Source: Planctomycetota bacterium
Lineage (GTDB): Bacteria; Planctomycetota; UBA8108; SXIK01
Assembly (NCBI GenBank): GCA_965223845.1
Contig: CBDCXR010000004.1
Coordinates: forward strand, 6,464,001 to 6,528,000
DNA: 64,000 bases
Reading direction: 5' to 3'
The notes under the pieces are model-generated. The model worked only from the letters and a program-made list of their open reading frames with translations. It had not been told where the DNA came from and did no database searches. This document shows positions 40,045-51,267 of this stretch, piece by piece (within the stretch, counting starts at the first letter, position 1; each line of letters begins with the position of its first letter). A program made the position numbers and the translations under genes.

Positions 40045-40165
40045 TCGTTTCGTTCGAGAGATCGCGGCTGGGATTCTCGCCGGTCCCTCCGAGGAGATGC
40101 ACGAGAAGCTTGCGGCGGCTACACCCGAGTGGACGCAGGCCCCGCGGGCCGGTAGAACACCGAGC

Positions 40166-41539
40166 ATGAACCGATCGATGTTCGTCGTCCTCAGCTCGGT
40201 GATCCTCGGAGGGACCGCGATGCCGGTCGCATCGGCTTCCGCGCAGGAACTTGCGTTCGCCCGCTACCGGCTCCAGAACGGCCTCACGGTCATCCTCCAC
40301 GAGGATCACACGATCCCGAAGGTCGCGGTGAACATCTGGTACTACGTCGGAGCGAAGGACGAACCGGCGGGTCGATCCGGTTTCGCGCATCTCTTCGAAC
40401 ACCTCATGTTCATGGGCACCGATCGCGTGCCGTACCCTCGCTTCGACACGAGTATGGAGCGTTTCGGCGGTTCGAACAACGCGACGACGTCAGCGGATCG
40501 CACGAACTACTTCGAAAGCGGCCCGCCGGAGCTCCTCGAGACGTTTCTGTTCCTCGAGGCTGACCGCATGGCCTACCTCGGTGCGGGTATGACAGCCGAG
40601 AAACTCGAGACGCAGCGCGAAGTCGTTCGAAACGAGCGCCGCCAACAGTACGAAAACCGGCCTTACGGCGGCGTCGAACTCGAGCTCCCCGAGTATCTCT
40701 ATCCGTCCTGGCATCCCTATCGCGAACCGGTGATCGGCTCCCACGCCGATCTCGAAGCCGCGACGGTGGACGACGTCCGCGAGTTCTTCCGCGAGTTCTA
40801 CTTTCCGGCGAACGCCAGTCTCGTCATCGCCGGCGACTTCGATCCGGCCGAGGCGCGTCGACTCGTCGAGAAGCACTTCGGACCGCTCGAGAGGCGCCCA
40901 CCGATCGTACGACCGACCGTGCCGCCGCCGGCGCTCGATCGCGTGGTCCGGCGAAAGCTGAGCGACGACGTCGAGCTTCCGCTCGTCGTTTACGTGTGGC
41001 CTTCCCCTCGCTTCTACGCCGAAGGCGACGCGCATTTGGACGTCATCGCCGCCTGTCTCGGCGAGGGGAAGTCGAGCCGACTCTACCGCCGACTCGTCCA
41101 CGAAACCGAGCTCGCGCAATCGGTGGTCGCTTACCAGCTCTCGCGACAGCTCGTCTCTGAGTTTCGCGTCGAGGTGCTCGCGCGGCCCGGTGTGTCGCTG
41201 CACGCGCTCGAGTCGGAGCTCAATCTGGTGCTCGAAGATTTTCGCCGGACCGGACCGACGGACGCGGAGATCGCGCGCGCCCGCAACCGCCTCGATATCG
41301 CGTTCTGGCAGAGTGCGCAGAGTCTCACGGAGCGAGCCGATCTTCTCAATCGCTATCAGTTCTACTTGGGGAACCCCGGGGCGGTGCGCATCGACCGCGC
41401 GCGCTACGAACGGGTGACGGCAAAGGACACCCGGCGGTGGGCTGTGCGCGTGCTCCGTCCGAATGCGCGCGTTCACCTGCGGGTGGTCCCGCGTCAGTCG
41501 CCTGAGGACGACGGCTCGTCCGGTGAGGCCGCGCCGTGA
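40166..41539 (+). CDS. M16 zinc peptidase, catalytic subunit
   Basis: LQNGLTV, GFAHLFEHLMF (HxxEH), NATTSADRTNY, VVRNERRQ, HPYREPVIG; signal peptide. Confidence 0.95.
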   Translation: MNRSMFVVLSSVILGGTAMPVASASAQELAFARYRLQNGLTVILHEDHTIPKVAVNIWYYVGAKDEPAGRSGFAHLFEHLMFMGTDRVPYPRFDTSMERFGGSNNATTSADRTNYFESGPPELLETFLFLEADRMAYLGAGMTAEKLETQREVVRNERRQQYENRPYGGVELELPEYLYPSWHPYREPVIGSHADLEAATVDDVREFFREFYFPANASLVIAGDFDPAEARRLVEKHFGPLERRPPIVRPTVPPPALDRVVRRKLSDDVELPLVVYVWPSPRFYAEGDAHLDVIAACLGEGKSSRLYRRLVHETELAQSVVAYQLSRQLVSEFRVEVLARPGVSLHALESELNLVLEDFRRTGPTDAEIARARNRLDIAFWQSAQSLTERADLLNRYQFYLGNPGAVRIDRARYERVTAKDTRRWAVRVLRPNARVHLRVVPRQSPEDDGSSGEAAP

Positions 41540-43047
41540 GTGCGCGCGCTCGTCAGTGGGGTCCGCGCCGGGCCGTAGCCGCGATTTGTCTTCTCGGATC
41601 GAGTTGCGGTGTGACCGAGATTACGGAGAGGACATTGGAACCGGTGGAGATCCCCGTCCCCGATCAGGTCCCGGTGCGAGCCGAGCTGCCGACGCCGACT
41701 GAGACGGTCCTTTCAAACGGACTCATCGTTTGGCACGTCCCCGGACCGCGAACTCCGCTCTCCGCGATGCGGATCCTCGTGTTCGCCGGATCCTCGACGG
41801 ACCGTACGTCGTTCGGACGAGCCTACGCGGCGGCGACGATGCTCGACGAGGGCGCAGCGACGCCTGCGGGTGGGTTTCGGGGACCTCTCGAGCTCGCCGA
41901 GCGGCTCGACGATTTGGGCGCCAGTCTCGACATCTCGACCGGAAGGGACGAGGTCGCGATCGATCTCGAGGTTCTCGAATCGCATCTGGATGCGGCGCTC
42001 GCCATCGCGGCCGACTGCGTTCTCCGGCCGGCGTTTCGCTCCGAGGACTGGCAGCGGACGCACGCGCTCTGGCTCGGCGAGCTCCGTTCGCGGGGCGACG
42101 ATCCCCGCCGCGTCGCCGGCGTTGTCGGGACGCGCGCGTTCTACCGGGACGGACATCCCTATGCGCATCCGCCCTCCGGCTATCTCGCGAGTGCGGAGGC
42201 GCTCTCGCTCACCGACGCGAAGGAGCTCTACCGCTCGCACTACGTGGTGTCGAATGCGATCGCGATCGTTACGGGAGGCCCGGAGCCTGCCGCGTGGACG
42301 GCGCTCCTCGAGAAGCACTTCGGCGCGTGGCGGGATGGCGATCCCGTACTCGCCCCGCCCGCGACGACGTCCGGTGGAAACGGGTTTTCGCTCCGTCTCG
42401 TCGGAGTCGATGTTCCGGACGCTCCGCAGACCGTGATCCGGATCGCGCTTCCGGCGCCCTCGGGCCTCGATACGGAAGTGTCACCGCTTCACCTCGCGAC
42501 GCTCGCGCTCGGCGGAACGTTCACGAGTCGACTCTCGATGAACCTCCGCGAGGAGAACAAGTTCACCTACGGCGCGCGCGCGACGCTGGGGCGCTCGCGA
42601 CTTCCTGGCGCGATCGTGCTCGAGTCTGCTGTTCACGCTGAGAAGACGGGGCCGGCGCTCGTCGAGTTTCTCCGTGAGATCGCGGCGATCGGCTCGAGCG
42701 ATCTCATCGCGGAGGAGTGGGACGGAGTGCGAGCGACGTATTCGACGCGCCTCACCACCGCACGCGAGACCGTTCGAGGGCGCCTCGGCCTCTACACGCT
42801 CGGCGCCGTGCTCGGAGGTGGGCCGTCGTTTGCACCCGCCTTTGCGGCGCGAACCGCGGCGAGTGAGCTTCGCGACGGAATGCTCGTGTCGTCCGCTCGC
42901 TATCGATCCGACCGGGCGACGATCCTTCTCGTCGGGGATCGGGCGACGATCGAAGCCGCGCTCGAGGGTGTTTCTCGTACGGAGAGCCTCGGCGTGGAAC
43001 TTCCACCGATCCTCTTCTGCGATCGCGAGGGCGCACCCGTCGAGTGA
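41536..43047 (+). CDS. M16 peptidase non-catalytic subunit (lipoprotein)
   Basis: LSNGL, MLDEG, HPYAHP, LGGTFTSRLSMNLREENKFTYG; no HxxEH; lipobox GSSC; GTGA overlap with upstream gene. Confidence 0.92.
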   Translation: MSARARQWGPRRAVAAICLLGSSCGVTEITERTLEPVEIPVPDQVPVRAELPTPTETVLSNGLIVWHVPGPRTPLSAMRILVFAGSSTDRTSFGRAYAAATMLDEGAATPAGGFRGPLELAERLDDLGASLDISTGRDEVAIDLEVLESHLDAALAIAADCVLRPAFRSEDWQRTHALWLGELRSRGDDPRRVAGVVGTRAFYRDGHPYAHPPSGYLASAEALSLTDAKELYRSHYVVSNAIAIVTGGPEPAAWTALLEKHFGAWRDGDPVLAPPATTSGGNGFSLRLVGVDVPDAPQTVIRIALPAPSGLDTEVSPLHLATLALGGTFTSRLSMNLREENKFTYGARATLGRSRLPGAIVLESAVHAEKTGPALVEFLREIAAIGSSDLIAEEWDGVRATYSTRLTTARETVRGRLGLYTLGAVLGGGPSFAPAFAARTAASELRDGMLVSSARYRSDRATILLVGDRATIEAALEGVSRTESLGVELPPILFCDREGAPVE

Positions 43048-43083
43048 CCGCGCGCGGATCCATCTCGGGGCGCGGGCGCCCGG

Positions 43084-43266
43084 CTAGACGATTCGCCGGC
43101 GCCGGATGCCCTTGCCCGGCAAGTCTTCCGGCGGGATCCGCCGGCGCTTCCCCGGGCGCGGGGTGATCTCGAGCGAATCTCGCGAGTCGCCGGGAGGACC
43201 CGGGGGCTCGAACGCTTCCGGAGTCACGTTCGTGGTCGGTGGAGGAGCGATGGTCGCTTCGGTCAT
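43084..43266 (-). CDS. Putative 60-aa Pro-rich/basic small protein
   Basis: ATG overlaps stop of upstream lipoprotein gene (ATGA); fills the gap to the convergent M16 gene. Confidence 0.5.
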   Translation of the reverse strand: MTEATIAPPPTTNVTPEAFEPPGPPGDSRDSLEITPRPGKRRRIPPEDLPGKGIRRRRIV

Positions 43267-43895
43267 CGGGACGCGTTATGGGATTGGCCGGAACGAAGTC
43301 TCGAATCAACTCTACGATGCTGAGGAGACATCGTCGAACGCGCCGGCGAACGCCGCGCGGCGTGGAGATCGGGGCGCGCAACCTTCATGCGATACGGCCG
43401 CGACGTGAACTGATCGTTCACCACGGCGACGACGTCGTAGTCCCCGGGAGCGAGGAGTGCGAGGGGGAATTCGCCGCTTCCGTTCGGAAGATTCGACGGC
43501 GAGATCTTCTGCCCGCGAAGGAGCGGGACGGCCGATCCTTCCTCGGGAACGACGGGCAGTGTGAGTCGCCGATCCGGGCGGATCCGCGGCGGGTCGATCC
43601 GGCCGGCCGTGCCGTCGCGGTACCGCCACGTCTGCCGGAGCGCGATGTCTTCGGGTGGGGTGTCCGTTTTTGTTACGCGCAGCTCGACGCGCAGCTCATC
43701 GAAGACGATCTCATTCGGCGAGCGATTGAAAACGTCGACGAAGAACTTCAAGCGGCGACCGGGAACGACGACGCTCGCGTTTCCGTCGAGGTGGACCTCG
43801 AGCGCGTCGGGCGCTTCGATCTCGCTCATGGGGACCGCGCCGCAGCTCGCGAGGAAGGCTGACGCCGCGCAAGCGAGAGTCAGTGATCGGGTCAC
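43263..43895 (-). CDS. Hypothetical lipoprotein, Ig-like beta-rich
   Basis: GGAGG 7 nt before GTG 43895; lipobox LASC; LAPGDYDVVAVV. Confidence 0.75.
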   Translation of the reverse strand: MTRSLTLACAASAFLASCGAVPMSEIEAPDALEVHLDGNASVVVPGRRLKFFVDVFNRSPNEIVFDELRVELRVTKTDTPPEDIALRQTWRYRDGTAGRIDPPRIRPDRRLTLPVVPEEGSAVPLLRGQKISPSNLPNGSGEFPLALLAPGDYDVVAVVNDQFTSRPYRMKVARPDLHAARRSPARSTMSPQHRRVDSRLRSGQSHNASR

Positions 43896-44150
43896 GAAAG
43901 AGCCTCCACGTTCCATCGAAGAGATTCACCGAGTCGGTCTTTGCCGCCGCCGCGTGCGAAGGCAGCGCGTCCTCTTCTCCTTTCGGCGCGATGGCCCGAA
44001 AACCTGAACTCCTCGCGGTTCTCGGGGCTGAAGATGGCCGCCGTGCGGACGGCCCCCGGAATCGGGCTTGGGGCGGACTGTGCGTAGGTGAGACAATTCC
44101 TCGGGCCGCCTCCCACCGACTCCGCTCCACCACCAGCGAGGTTCACTCCG

Positions 44151-45095
44151 ATGCCCGAGATACCCCGGCGCCGCTTTCTTCGCACCGGATCGGCCCTGAG
44201 CGCAGCCGCCTTGGGCGCGGCGCTTCCTCGCGTCGCCGCCGCGCCGCGCTCGTCTGGGCTGGGTTTCGATTCCGACGCCCGCGGTGGACCGCGGGCCGTC
44301 GAGCACCGGCGCCGGAGCCCGAAATTCCTTCTCAGTCTCGCGGCGTACTCGTTTCGCCGGGAGCTCAGCGCGGGGGAGATGTCGCTCGAAGACTTCGTCG
44401 ACTACTGCGCCGAGCACGATCTCGAGGGCACGGAGCTGACGTCCTACTACTTCAAGGACACGAGCCCCGGGTTTCTCACGCGTCTCCGCCATCGCGCGTA
44501 TGTGAACGGCCTCACGATCAGCGGCACTCCGGTCGGAAACAACTTTTGCCATCCGGTCGGTCCCGAGCGTGCGAAGCAGGTCGCGCACGTCGAGAAGTGG
44601 ATCGATCACGTCGTGACGCTCGGATCCCAGACGATTCGCGTGTTTGCGGGGAACGCTCCGAAAGGGGTCGAGACCGAGACGGCGCGCGCGTGGGCGGTCG
44701 AATGCTTGAAGGAAGTCTCGGCCTACGCCGGCGAGCGCGGGGTGATTCTGGCGCTCGAAAACCATGGCGGGATCACGGCGCGCGCCGATGAGTTGATCGC
44801 CATCGTCGAGGCCGTCGACTCACCGTGGCTCGGCGTGAACCTCGACGGCGGCAACTTTCGCACCGATCCCTACGGTGACCTCGAGAAGGCCGCCCCGTAC
44901 GCGGTCAGCGTGCAGGTGAAAGTCGAAGTGCGCTCGCCCGACGGCAAGAGTGTTCCGGCGGATCTCGCTCGAGTCGCGGGGATTCTGCGCCGCGCGAACT
45001 ACCGCGGTTTCGTCGCGCTCGAGTACGAAGCGCGCGAGCCGGTGCGGGACGCCGTTCCGCGCTACCTTCGAGCGTTGCGCGACGCTCTATCTTAG
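44151..45095 (+). CDS. Tat-exported sugar-phosphate isomerase/epimerase (AP-endonuclease-2 TIM barrel)
   Basis: PRRRFL Tat motif; SLAAYSFR, ELTSYYF, IRVFAG, LALENHGG, VNLDGGNF, YRGFVALEYE. Confidence 0.93.
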   Translation: MPEIPRRRFLRTGSALSAAALGAALPRVAAAPRSSGLGFDSDARGGPRAVEHRRRSPKFLLSLAAYSFRRELSAGEMSLEDFVDYCAEHDLEGTELTSYYFKDTSPGFLTRLRHRAYVNGLTISGTPVGNNFCHPVGPERAKQVAHVEKWIDHVVTLGSQTIRVFAGNAPKGVETETARAWAVECLKEVSAYAGERGVILALENHGGITARADELIAIVEAVDSPWLGVNLDGGNFRTDPYGDLEKAAPYAVSVQVKVEVRSPDGKSVPADLARVAGILRRANYRGFVALEYEAREPVRDAVPRYLRALRDALS

Positions 45096-45120
45096 GCGCG
45101 GTCGACGGCTAGAAAGAAAT

Positions 45121-45253
45121 CGAACACGAAGGGATCGAGGGGCTTCGCCGCGCGATCGCTCGCGACGCTCTCACACCTCGAGCTCAGGCTCTCTCGATTT
45201 CCTCTCTTCTTCGTCTTTCTTCGCGTCCCCTTCGCGCTCTTCGTGTGAACTCT
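45121..45253. repeat. Second copy of the CGAAG-periodic repeat, overlapping the waaA 3' end
   Basis: Reverse complement of 45209-45253 matches 6039-6084 with 31 consecutive identical bases; degenerate inverted partner CACGAAGGGATCGAGGGG at 45125-45142. Confidence 0.85.
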
Positions 45254-46736
45254 CTTCGAGAGCTGCGCGACGAGTCAGCTCGGCGACGATCGGGTGTAGA
45301 GCGGCGAACGTGCGCGCGCTCGCTCCGACGTTGCGTGCGACGGTCGCCCTCGCGCGCGCGCCCATCCCCTGGGCCTTGTCCGGATTCGATCGAAGATCGC
45401 GGAGCCGCGCGAGCAGCTCGTTTCGATCCTGAACGACGAGCATCGCTCGGTCGGCGAGGAACGAAGAGACGATCTGGCGAAAACTCCCGTAGTGGGGACC
45501 GATGAGAACCGGACAGCCGTGCCGCGCCGGCTCGATGACGTTGTGGCCGCCGAACGGGATGAGCGAGCCGCCGACGAAGACGACGTCCCCGCTCCCGGCG
45601 ATGCGCGGGAGATCGCCGACGGTGTCGACGAGAAGAACCTCGTCAGCCGCGAGCGACAACGGCTGAAAGCTCGCGCTCGCGTGACCGTTGAGCGGTGCAG
45701 CCGGCGCTCCCGGGGGAGAGTCGAGCACCGTTCCGTTCGTTCTCGATTGCCGGATCGCGCGATTCGAGCGCGCGAGCTTGCTCCAGAGAACCGGTCGGAG
45801 GCCGCGACGCCGGATCGCGCGGCTGATTTCGCTCGTTCGATCCGTTCGACGCGGCGCGAGAACCAGGCGGGCGCGCGAATCTTCCTCGCGGAGCTTGCAG
45901 AAGGATTCGATCACGATGTCCTCTTCGCCGTGGTGCGTGCTTCCCGCGACGAAGGTCCAGTTCTCCGGGGAGAGGCCGAGCTCGCGACGCGTGCACACGC
46001 CCGCGGCGGACGAGCTATCGAATTTGAGATTCCCCGTGACCGTCACGCGCTCGCGCTCGACGCCGAGCTCCTCGAATCCTCGTGCGCTCGTCTCGTCTTC
46101 GGCGCAGATGTGGACGACGCTTCGCGGTGGCCAGCGGAAGATCCGCGAGAGCCAACGATAACCTTGACGCGACCGCTCGGAGAGGCGCGCATTGACGAGC
46201 ACGACCGGGACGCCGCGCGATCCGGCGAGGCGAAGAAAGTTCGGCCAGAGCTCGTGCTCGACGATGACGACCAGATTCGGCCGAATTCGGCGAAACGCGC
46301 GGCGAACGAGGAAGCTGAAGTCGAAGGGATACGAGATCACGCGGTGGTGGGGGTAGTGCCGGCGCGCCGCGGCGAGTCCGGCGCGGGTCGTCGTCGAGAG
46401 CACGATCTCCCAGTCGGGGAACTCGGATTCGAGCTGAGCGAGGATGCCGCGTGCGCTGAGGATCTCGCCGACGGAGACGCCGTGGATCCAAACGCACGGC
46501 CGGTCGCTCGAGCGTCGCTCGACGCGTCCCGTGCGTCGCCGCCAGTGATCGATGACGCGACCGCCGCGTCGAGTCACGACGAGATAAGGGAGCGCGAAGA
46601 CCAGTGCGGTGAGGTAGACCGCGTCGACCAACCAGGGCACGACGTCCCACCGACCCCTCCGAGTTTCGAGGGGCGCGAGCGCTCGCCCTGCGTCGATCCC
46701 GGGCGAGGGACTCCCACCGGGATGGGCGGAAACCAA
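45171..46736 (-). CDS. waaA: 3-deoxy-D-manno-octulosonic acid (Kdo) transferase
   Basis: WIHGVSVGE, STTT, YPFD, EHELWPN, VNARLSERS, TGNLKFD, AGSTHHGEE, FVGGSL..GGHNVIEPA; TTG 46736 after GAGGAGG. Confidence 0.95.
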   Translation of the reverse strand: MVSAHPGGSPSPGIDAGRALAPLETRRGRWDVVPWLVDAVYLTALVFALPYLVVTRRGGRVIDHWRRRTGRVERRSSDRPCVWIHGVSVGEILSARGILAQLESEFPDWEIVLSTTTRAGLAAARRHYPHHRVISYPFDFSFLVRRAFRRIRPNLVVIVEHELWPNFLRLAGSRGVPVVLVNARLSERSRQGYRWLSRIFRWPPRSVVHICAEDETSARGFEELGVERERVTVTGNLKFDSSSAAGVCTRRELGLSPENWTFVAGSTHHGEEDIVIESFCKLREEDSRARLVLAPRRTDRTSEISRAIRRRGLRPVLWSKLARSNRAIRQSRTNGTVLDSPPGAPAAPLNGHASASFQPLSLAADEVLLVDTVGDLPRIAGSGDVVFVGGSLIPFGGHNVIEPARHGCPVLIGPHYGSFRQIVSSFLADRAMLVVQDRNELLARLRDLRSNPDKAQGMGARARATVARNVGASARTFAALHPIVAELTRRAALEESSHEEREGDAKKDEEERKSREPELEV

Positions 46737-46941
46737 CGCTCCCTCCTCTGTTCTCCACGCCGGCTCACGATTCGGGTGGATCGCCCGATCGCCGCACCGT
46801 GAGCGTTCACTCGAGACCGCGGGATCACATTGCCCGCGCACACCTTCACCTGCTCGGGGGATCGCCGACCTCTAGGTCGCGGCCCGGTCGCGCTATCGTC
46901 CGGCCGCGACCGCTCGGGTCTCTTGCTGCCGCCGAGACGGA

Positions 46942-46950
46942 AGAATAACA
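46942..46950 (-). promoter_or_regulatory. Putative extended -10 promoter for waaA
   Basis: Minus strand TG-T-TATTCT in the AT-richest patch of the intergenic region. Confidence 0.4.
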
Positions 46951-47181
46951 TAACCCGGTCGTTCACTTCTTCTTGGAAACACGAAACCGAAACGCGCGCC
47001 GCATCGCCGGGCGTTCGCCAGCGCGGATCGAAGGCGCCGGAGGGGCCATCGCCCTCGGTGACTCGACGCCGACCGGGCTCGCCGGAGCCGCCTGGCGTCG
47101 GAGCGCTCGCGCGTTGGGACTCGGATCTGTCGGCTCGCGCCTCGATGCCGCTCGGCCGATGAGCTCGCGAGGCCCTCTGTT

Positions 47182-48063
47182 TTGACCAGTCGAGCTTCTC
47201 CGGTAGAGCGGATTCGATCCGGCGGCCTCCGGTGCGCGTACGTGCCGCCGGTGACCCGGGACGTCGCGTCGACGTGGATGGCCTCGTACTCGCGCTGGTT
47301 CGAGGAGATCGCCGGGATCCCCGAGGAGCTTCGCGGGACTCGCGGCGGGCGGGCGTGCGTTCTGCCGGCCGGAGAGGCGGTGTTCGCGAAGCGACGCGAC
47401 GAACCTCGCGCGCGAACTCTCGTCTACGCGCTTCTCGGTCGCCCGGCGCGGTCGGCGCGGTCGTTTCGACTCGGGCTCGCGCTCGCAGCCGCCGGCGTAC
47501 CCACCGCTCGACCGCTCGCGCTCATCGAGCGGCGCGAGCGTGGAGAAAAGTGGGAGAGTGTGCTCGTGCTCGAACGATTGCGCGGCACGACGCTGCGCGA
47601 CGTGCTTCTCGGCGCACCGACCGGCGAGGGTGACGAAGCGGCGAGCGACGCGGAGCGGCGAGAGATTCGCCGGGCGGCGGCCGAGGCCATCGCTCGCTTT
47701 CATCGCGCGGGGTTTCGCCAGCGCGATCTCAAAGCCGCGAATCTCCTCGTCACGCCTTCCGGCGAGGAGGGCGGTCGCGTGCGACTCGTCGACTTCGAAG
47801 GAATGACGCAACTGCGCGCGCCTCCGATCGAACGGGTGCGGCGCCGGGACCTCGCCCGTCTCGGCGTGAGCTTTCGCGCGAGCGACGTACGCGACGCGGG
47901 AACGAGCGAGAACGATTGGCGCGAGCTCATCGTCGACTATCTGACTGCGTACGCCGGCGAAGCACCGCACGAAACGGCCGTTCGCGCGTGGCTCGACGGT
48001 AGCGAGCGTTGGGCCGAGCGGAAGATCCGCCGCAACCTTCGCCGGCGGCGACCGATCACGTAA
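47182..48063 (+). CDS. Lipopolysaccharide kinase (Kdo/WaaP/InaA family)
   Basis: VFAKR, AGVPTARPLA, FHRAGFRQRDLKAANLLV, LVDFEG, RRRDLARL; divergent from waaA. Confidence 0.85.
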   Translation: MTSRASPVERIRSGGLRCAYVPPVTRDVASTWMASYSRWFEEIAGIPEELRGTRGGRACVLPAGEAVFAKRRDEPRARTLVYALLGRPARSARSFRLGLALAAAGVPTARPLALIERRERGEKWESVLVLERLRGTTLRDVLLGAPTGEGDEAASDAERREIRRAAAEAIARFHRAGFRQRDLKAANLLVTPSGEEGGRVRLVDFEGMTQLRAPPIERVRRRDLARLGVSFRASDVRDAGTSENDWRELIVDYLTAYAGEAPHETAVRAWLDGSERWAERKIRRNLRRRRPIT

Positions 48064-48123
48064 CGCGAGCGCTGCGGTTCGCGTCACGAGGTCACCGCAC
48101 GATGCGGATCGAGTCCGGCGAGA

Positions 48124-48594
48124 TCAAAAAATGAGCTTCGCGGCCACCGCGACGACGACTCCCGCCGCCACGCCGCAGAGGAGAACGGCAATCCACGATC
48201 GCCACGGCGCCGCGTCGGGGCTCTGCGCCGCGAGCTCGGGCGGCTCGACGAGCTTCTCGAAGTTGAGTCGCGTCTCCCACGCGTCGAGCACATCGGCGCC
48301 CGGCGCGTCGTCCATCGCGAACACGAAGCACGTGTTCCCCGAGCGCACGCGGTCTCCCGTCGCGAGAGGAGCGTCGTGAACCGGCGCGCCGTTGAGAAGG
48401 AGAGGCTTCTTTCCAGTCAACTCGACGAGTCGGTAACCCTCGTCGTTGGCGCGCACTTCGAAATCGCGCGCGCCGAGAGACGAATCCGAAACGAGGACGT
48501 CGGCCGCCGTCGACGAACCGACCGTGAACGAGGACGACATCGTGAGCGACCAAGAGGTGCGTCGTTTCAGGTCGCGAAAGAGGAGAAAGGGCAT
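48124..48594 (-). CDS. Degenerate FHA-like domain protein with C-terminal TM anchor
   Basis: FTVGSS..ADV, LLLNGAPV..APLATGDRVRSG; C-terminal hydrophobic helix. Confidence 0.7.
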   Translation of the reverse strand: MPFLLFRDLKRRTSWSLTMSSSFTVGSSTAADVLVSDSSLGARDFEVRANDEGYRLVELTGKKPLLLNGAPVHDAPLATGDRVRSGNTCFVFAMDDAPGADVLDAWETRLNFEKLVEPPELAAQSPDAAPWRSWIAVLLCGVAAGVVVAVAAKLIF

Positions 48595-48600
48595 CGGGCC

Positions 48601-49212
48601 TCAGTTCGGCGGGTCGAGTGGGAGCGGCCGCGCGTCGCCGTCGGCGTTCGGAGCAGCGAGAATCCACGCGCGAAACGAAGCGTCCTCGAGGATCTCGAGC
48701 TTGAGGGAGTGAAGCGCGCTCGCGAGCTCGCCAGCGGACGGCGAGGAGTGGAACTCGCCCCGGTACTCGCCATCCCGGCTTTCGATCGCGGCCGCGACTC
48801 GGGCGGGACCCGCGCTCGGTGAGCTCGGCGGGACGACGTCCGTGACGCGGACGCGAAGGCTCGGGACGGTGGGTGCGCCGGAGGAGTCGCCGTTTTCGCT
48901 CGAAGCTCGAAACGCGGTCACTTCGAGCGTCGCGAGATCCGCGAGGAGCTCCCCGATCAGTCGGTCCGTCCACTCACGGAGGTCGAGACCGAGGTGGTGA
49001 GTTCCCTCCGCGCGAATCCACCGGACGTTCTCTTCTTCGTAGTCGTTCGCGAGGGCGATCGCACGCGCGGGCGGCGACGCGAGCGGGCTCACTTCGTCGA
49101 TCGCGATGGCGGGAGAGCTCGGCGGCGAGACGATGTGGTAGCAGCCGGCGACGGTGACGATGGCCGACGCGACGAGGGCACTCGACACGGCGGTGAAGCG
49201 GAATCTCGGCAA
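48601..49212 (-). CDS. Hypothetical lipoprotein
   Basis: GGAGG 8 nt before TTG 49212; lipobox VAGC; 6 bp upstream of FHA-like gene. Confidence 0.7.
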   Translation of the reverse strand: MPRFRFTAVSSALVASAIVTVAGCYHIVSPPSSPAIAIDEVSPLASPPARAIALANDYEEENVRWIRAEGTHHLGLDLREWTDRLIGELLADLATLEVTAFRASSENGDSSGAPTVPSLRVRVTDVVPPSSPSAGPARVAAAIESRDGEYRGEFHSSPSAGELASALHSLKLEILEDASFRAWILAAPNADGDARPLPLDPPN

Positions 49213-49450
49213 GGGATCGTCCTCCGCGCGGAACGATTCGGGACGCGACGGTCCGAAAATGATGCGCGAGAACGCGTCGCGATGGTACCGCGAACTGCGC
49301 GCTGCGATCACGCCGGTTGCGCGCTCTTCTGTTGCATGGCCCCGTCGAACCACCTATCGTGATTCGGTCGCGTCGCGAGCGCGCGAGGTCCGTCTCGAAC
49401 CGTGGTGCTTCCGGCCACAGCTTCCGCCGAACTTGCGAGTAGAGAAAGCC

Positions 49451-51163
<1,713 letters not shown>

Positions 51164-51267
51164 CGGCGACCAGAACGAGCGTGTCGCCAGAGACGCTTCG
51201 TTCGCGGGGTGAAACGAGCCTACGGCTCGCTCGTCGGCGTGAAGCCGTCGTTGCGCTTGCGCTGAGA

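Noticed and set aside
40166-43047. PqqF/G or RiPP biosynthetic cluster
   Set aside because: No radical SAM, PqqD/RRE or other maturation enzyme nearby; exported M16 pairs are common
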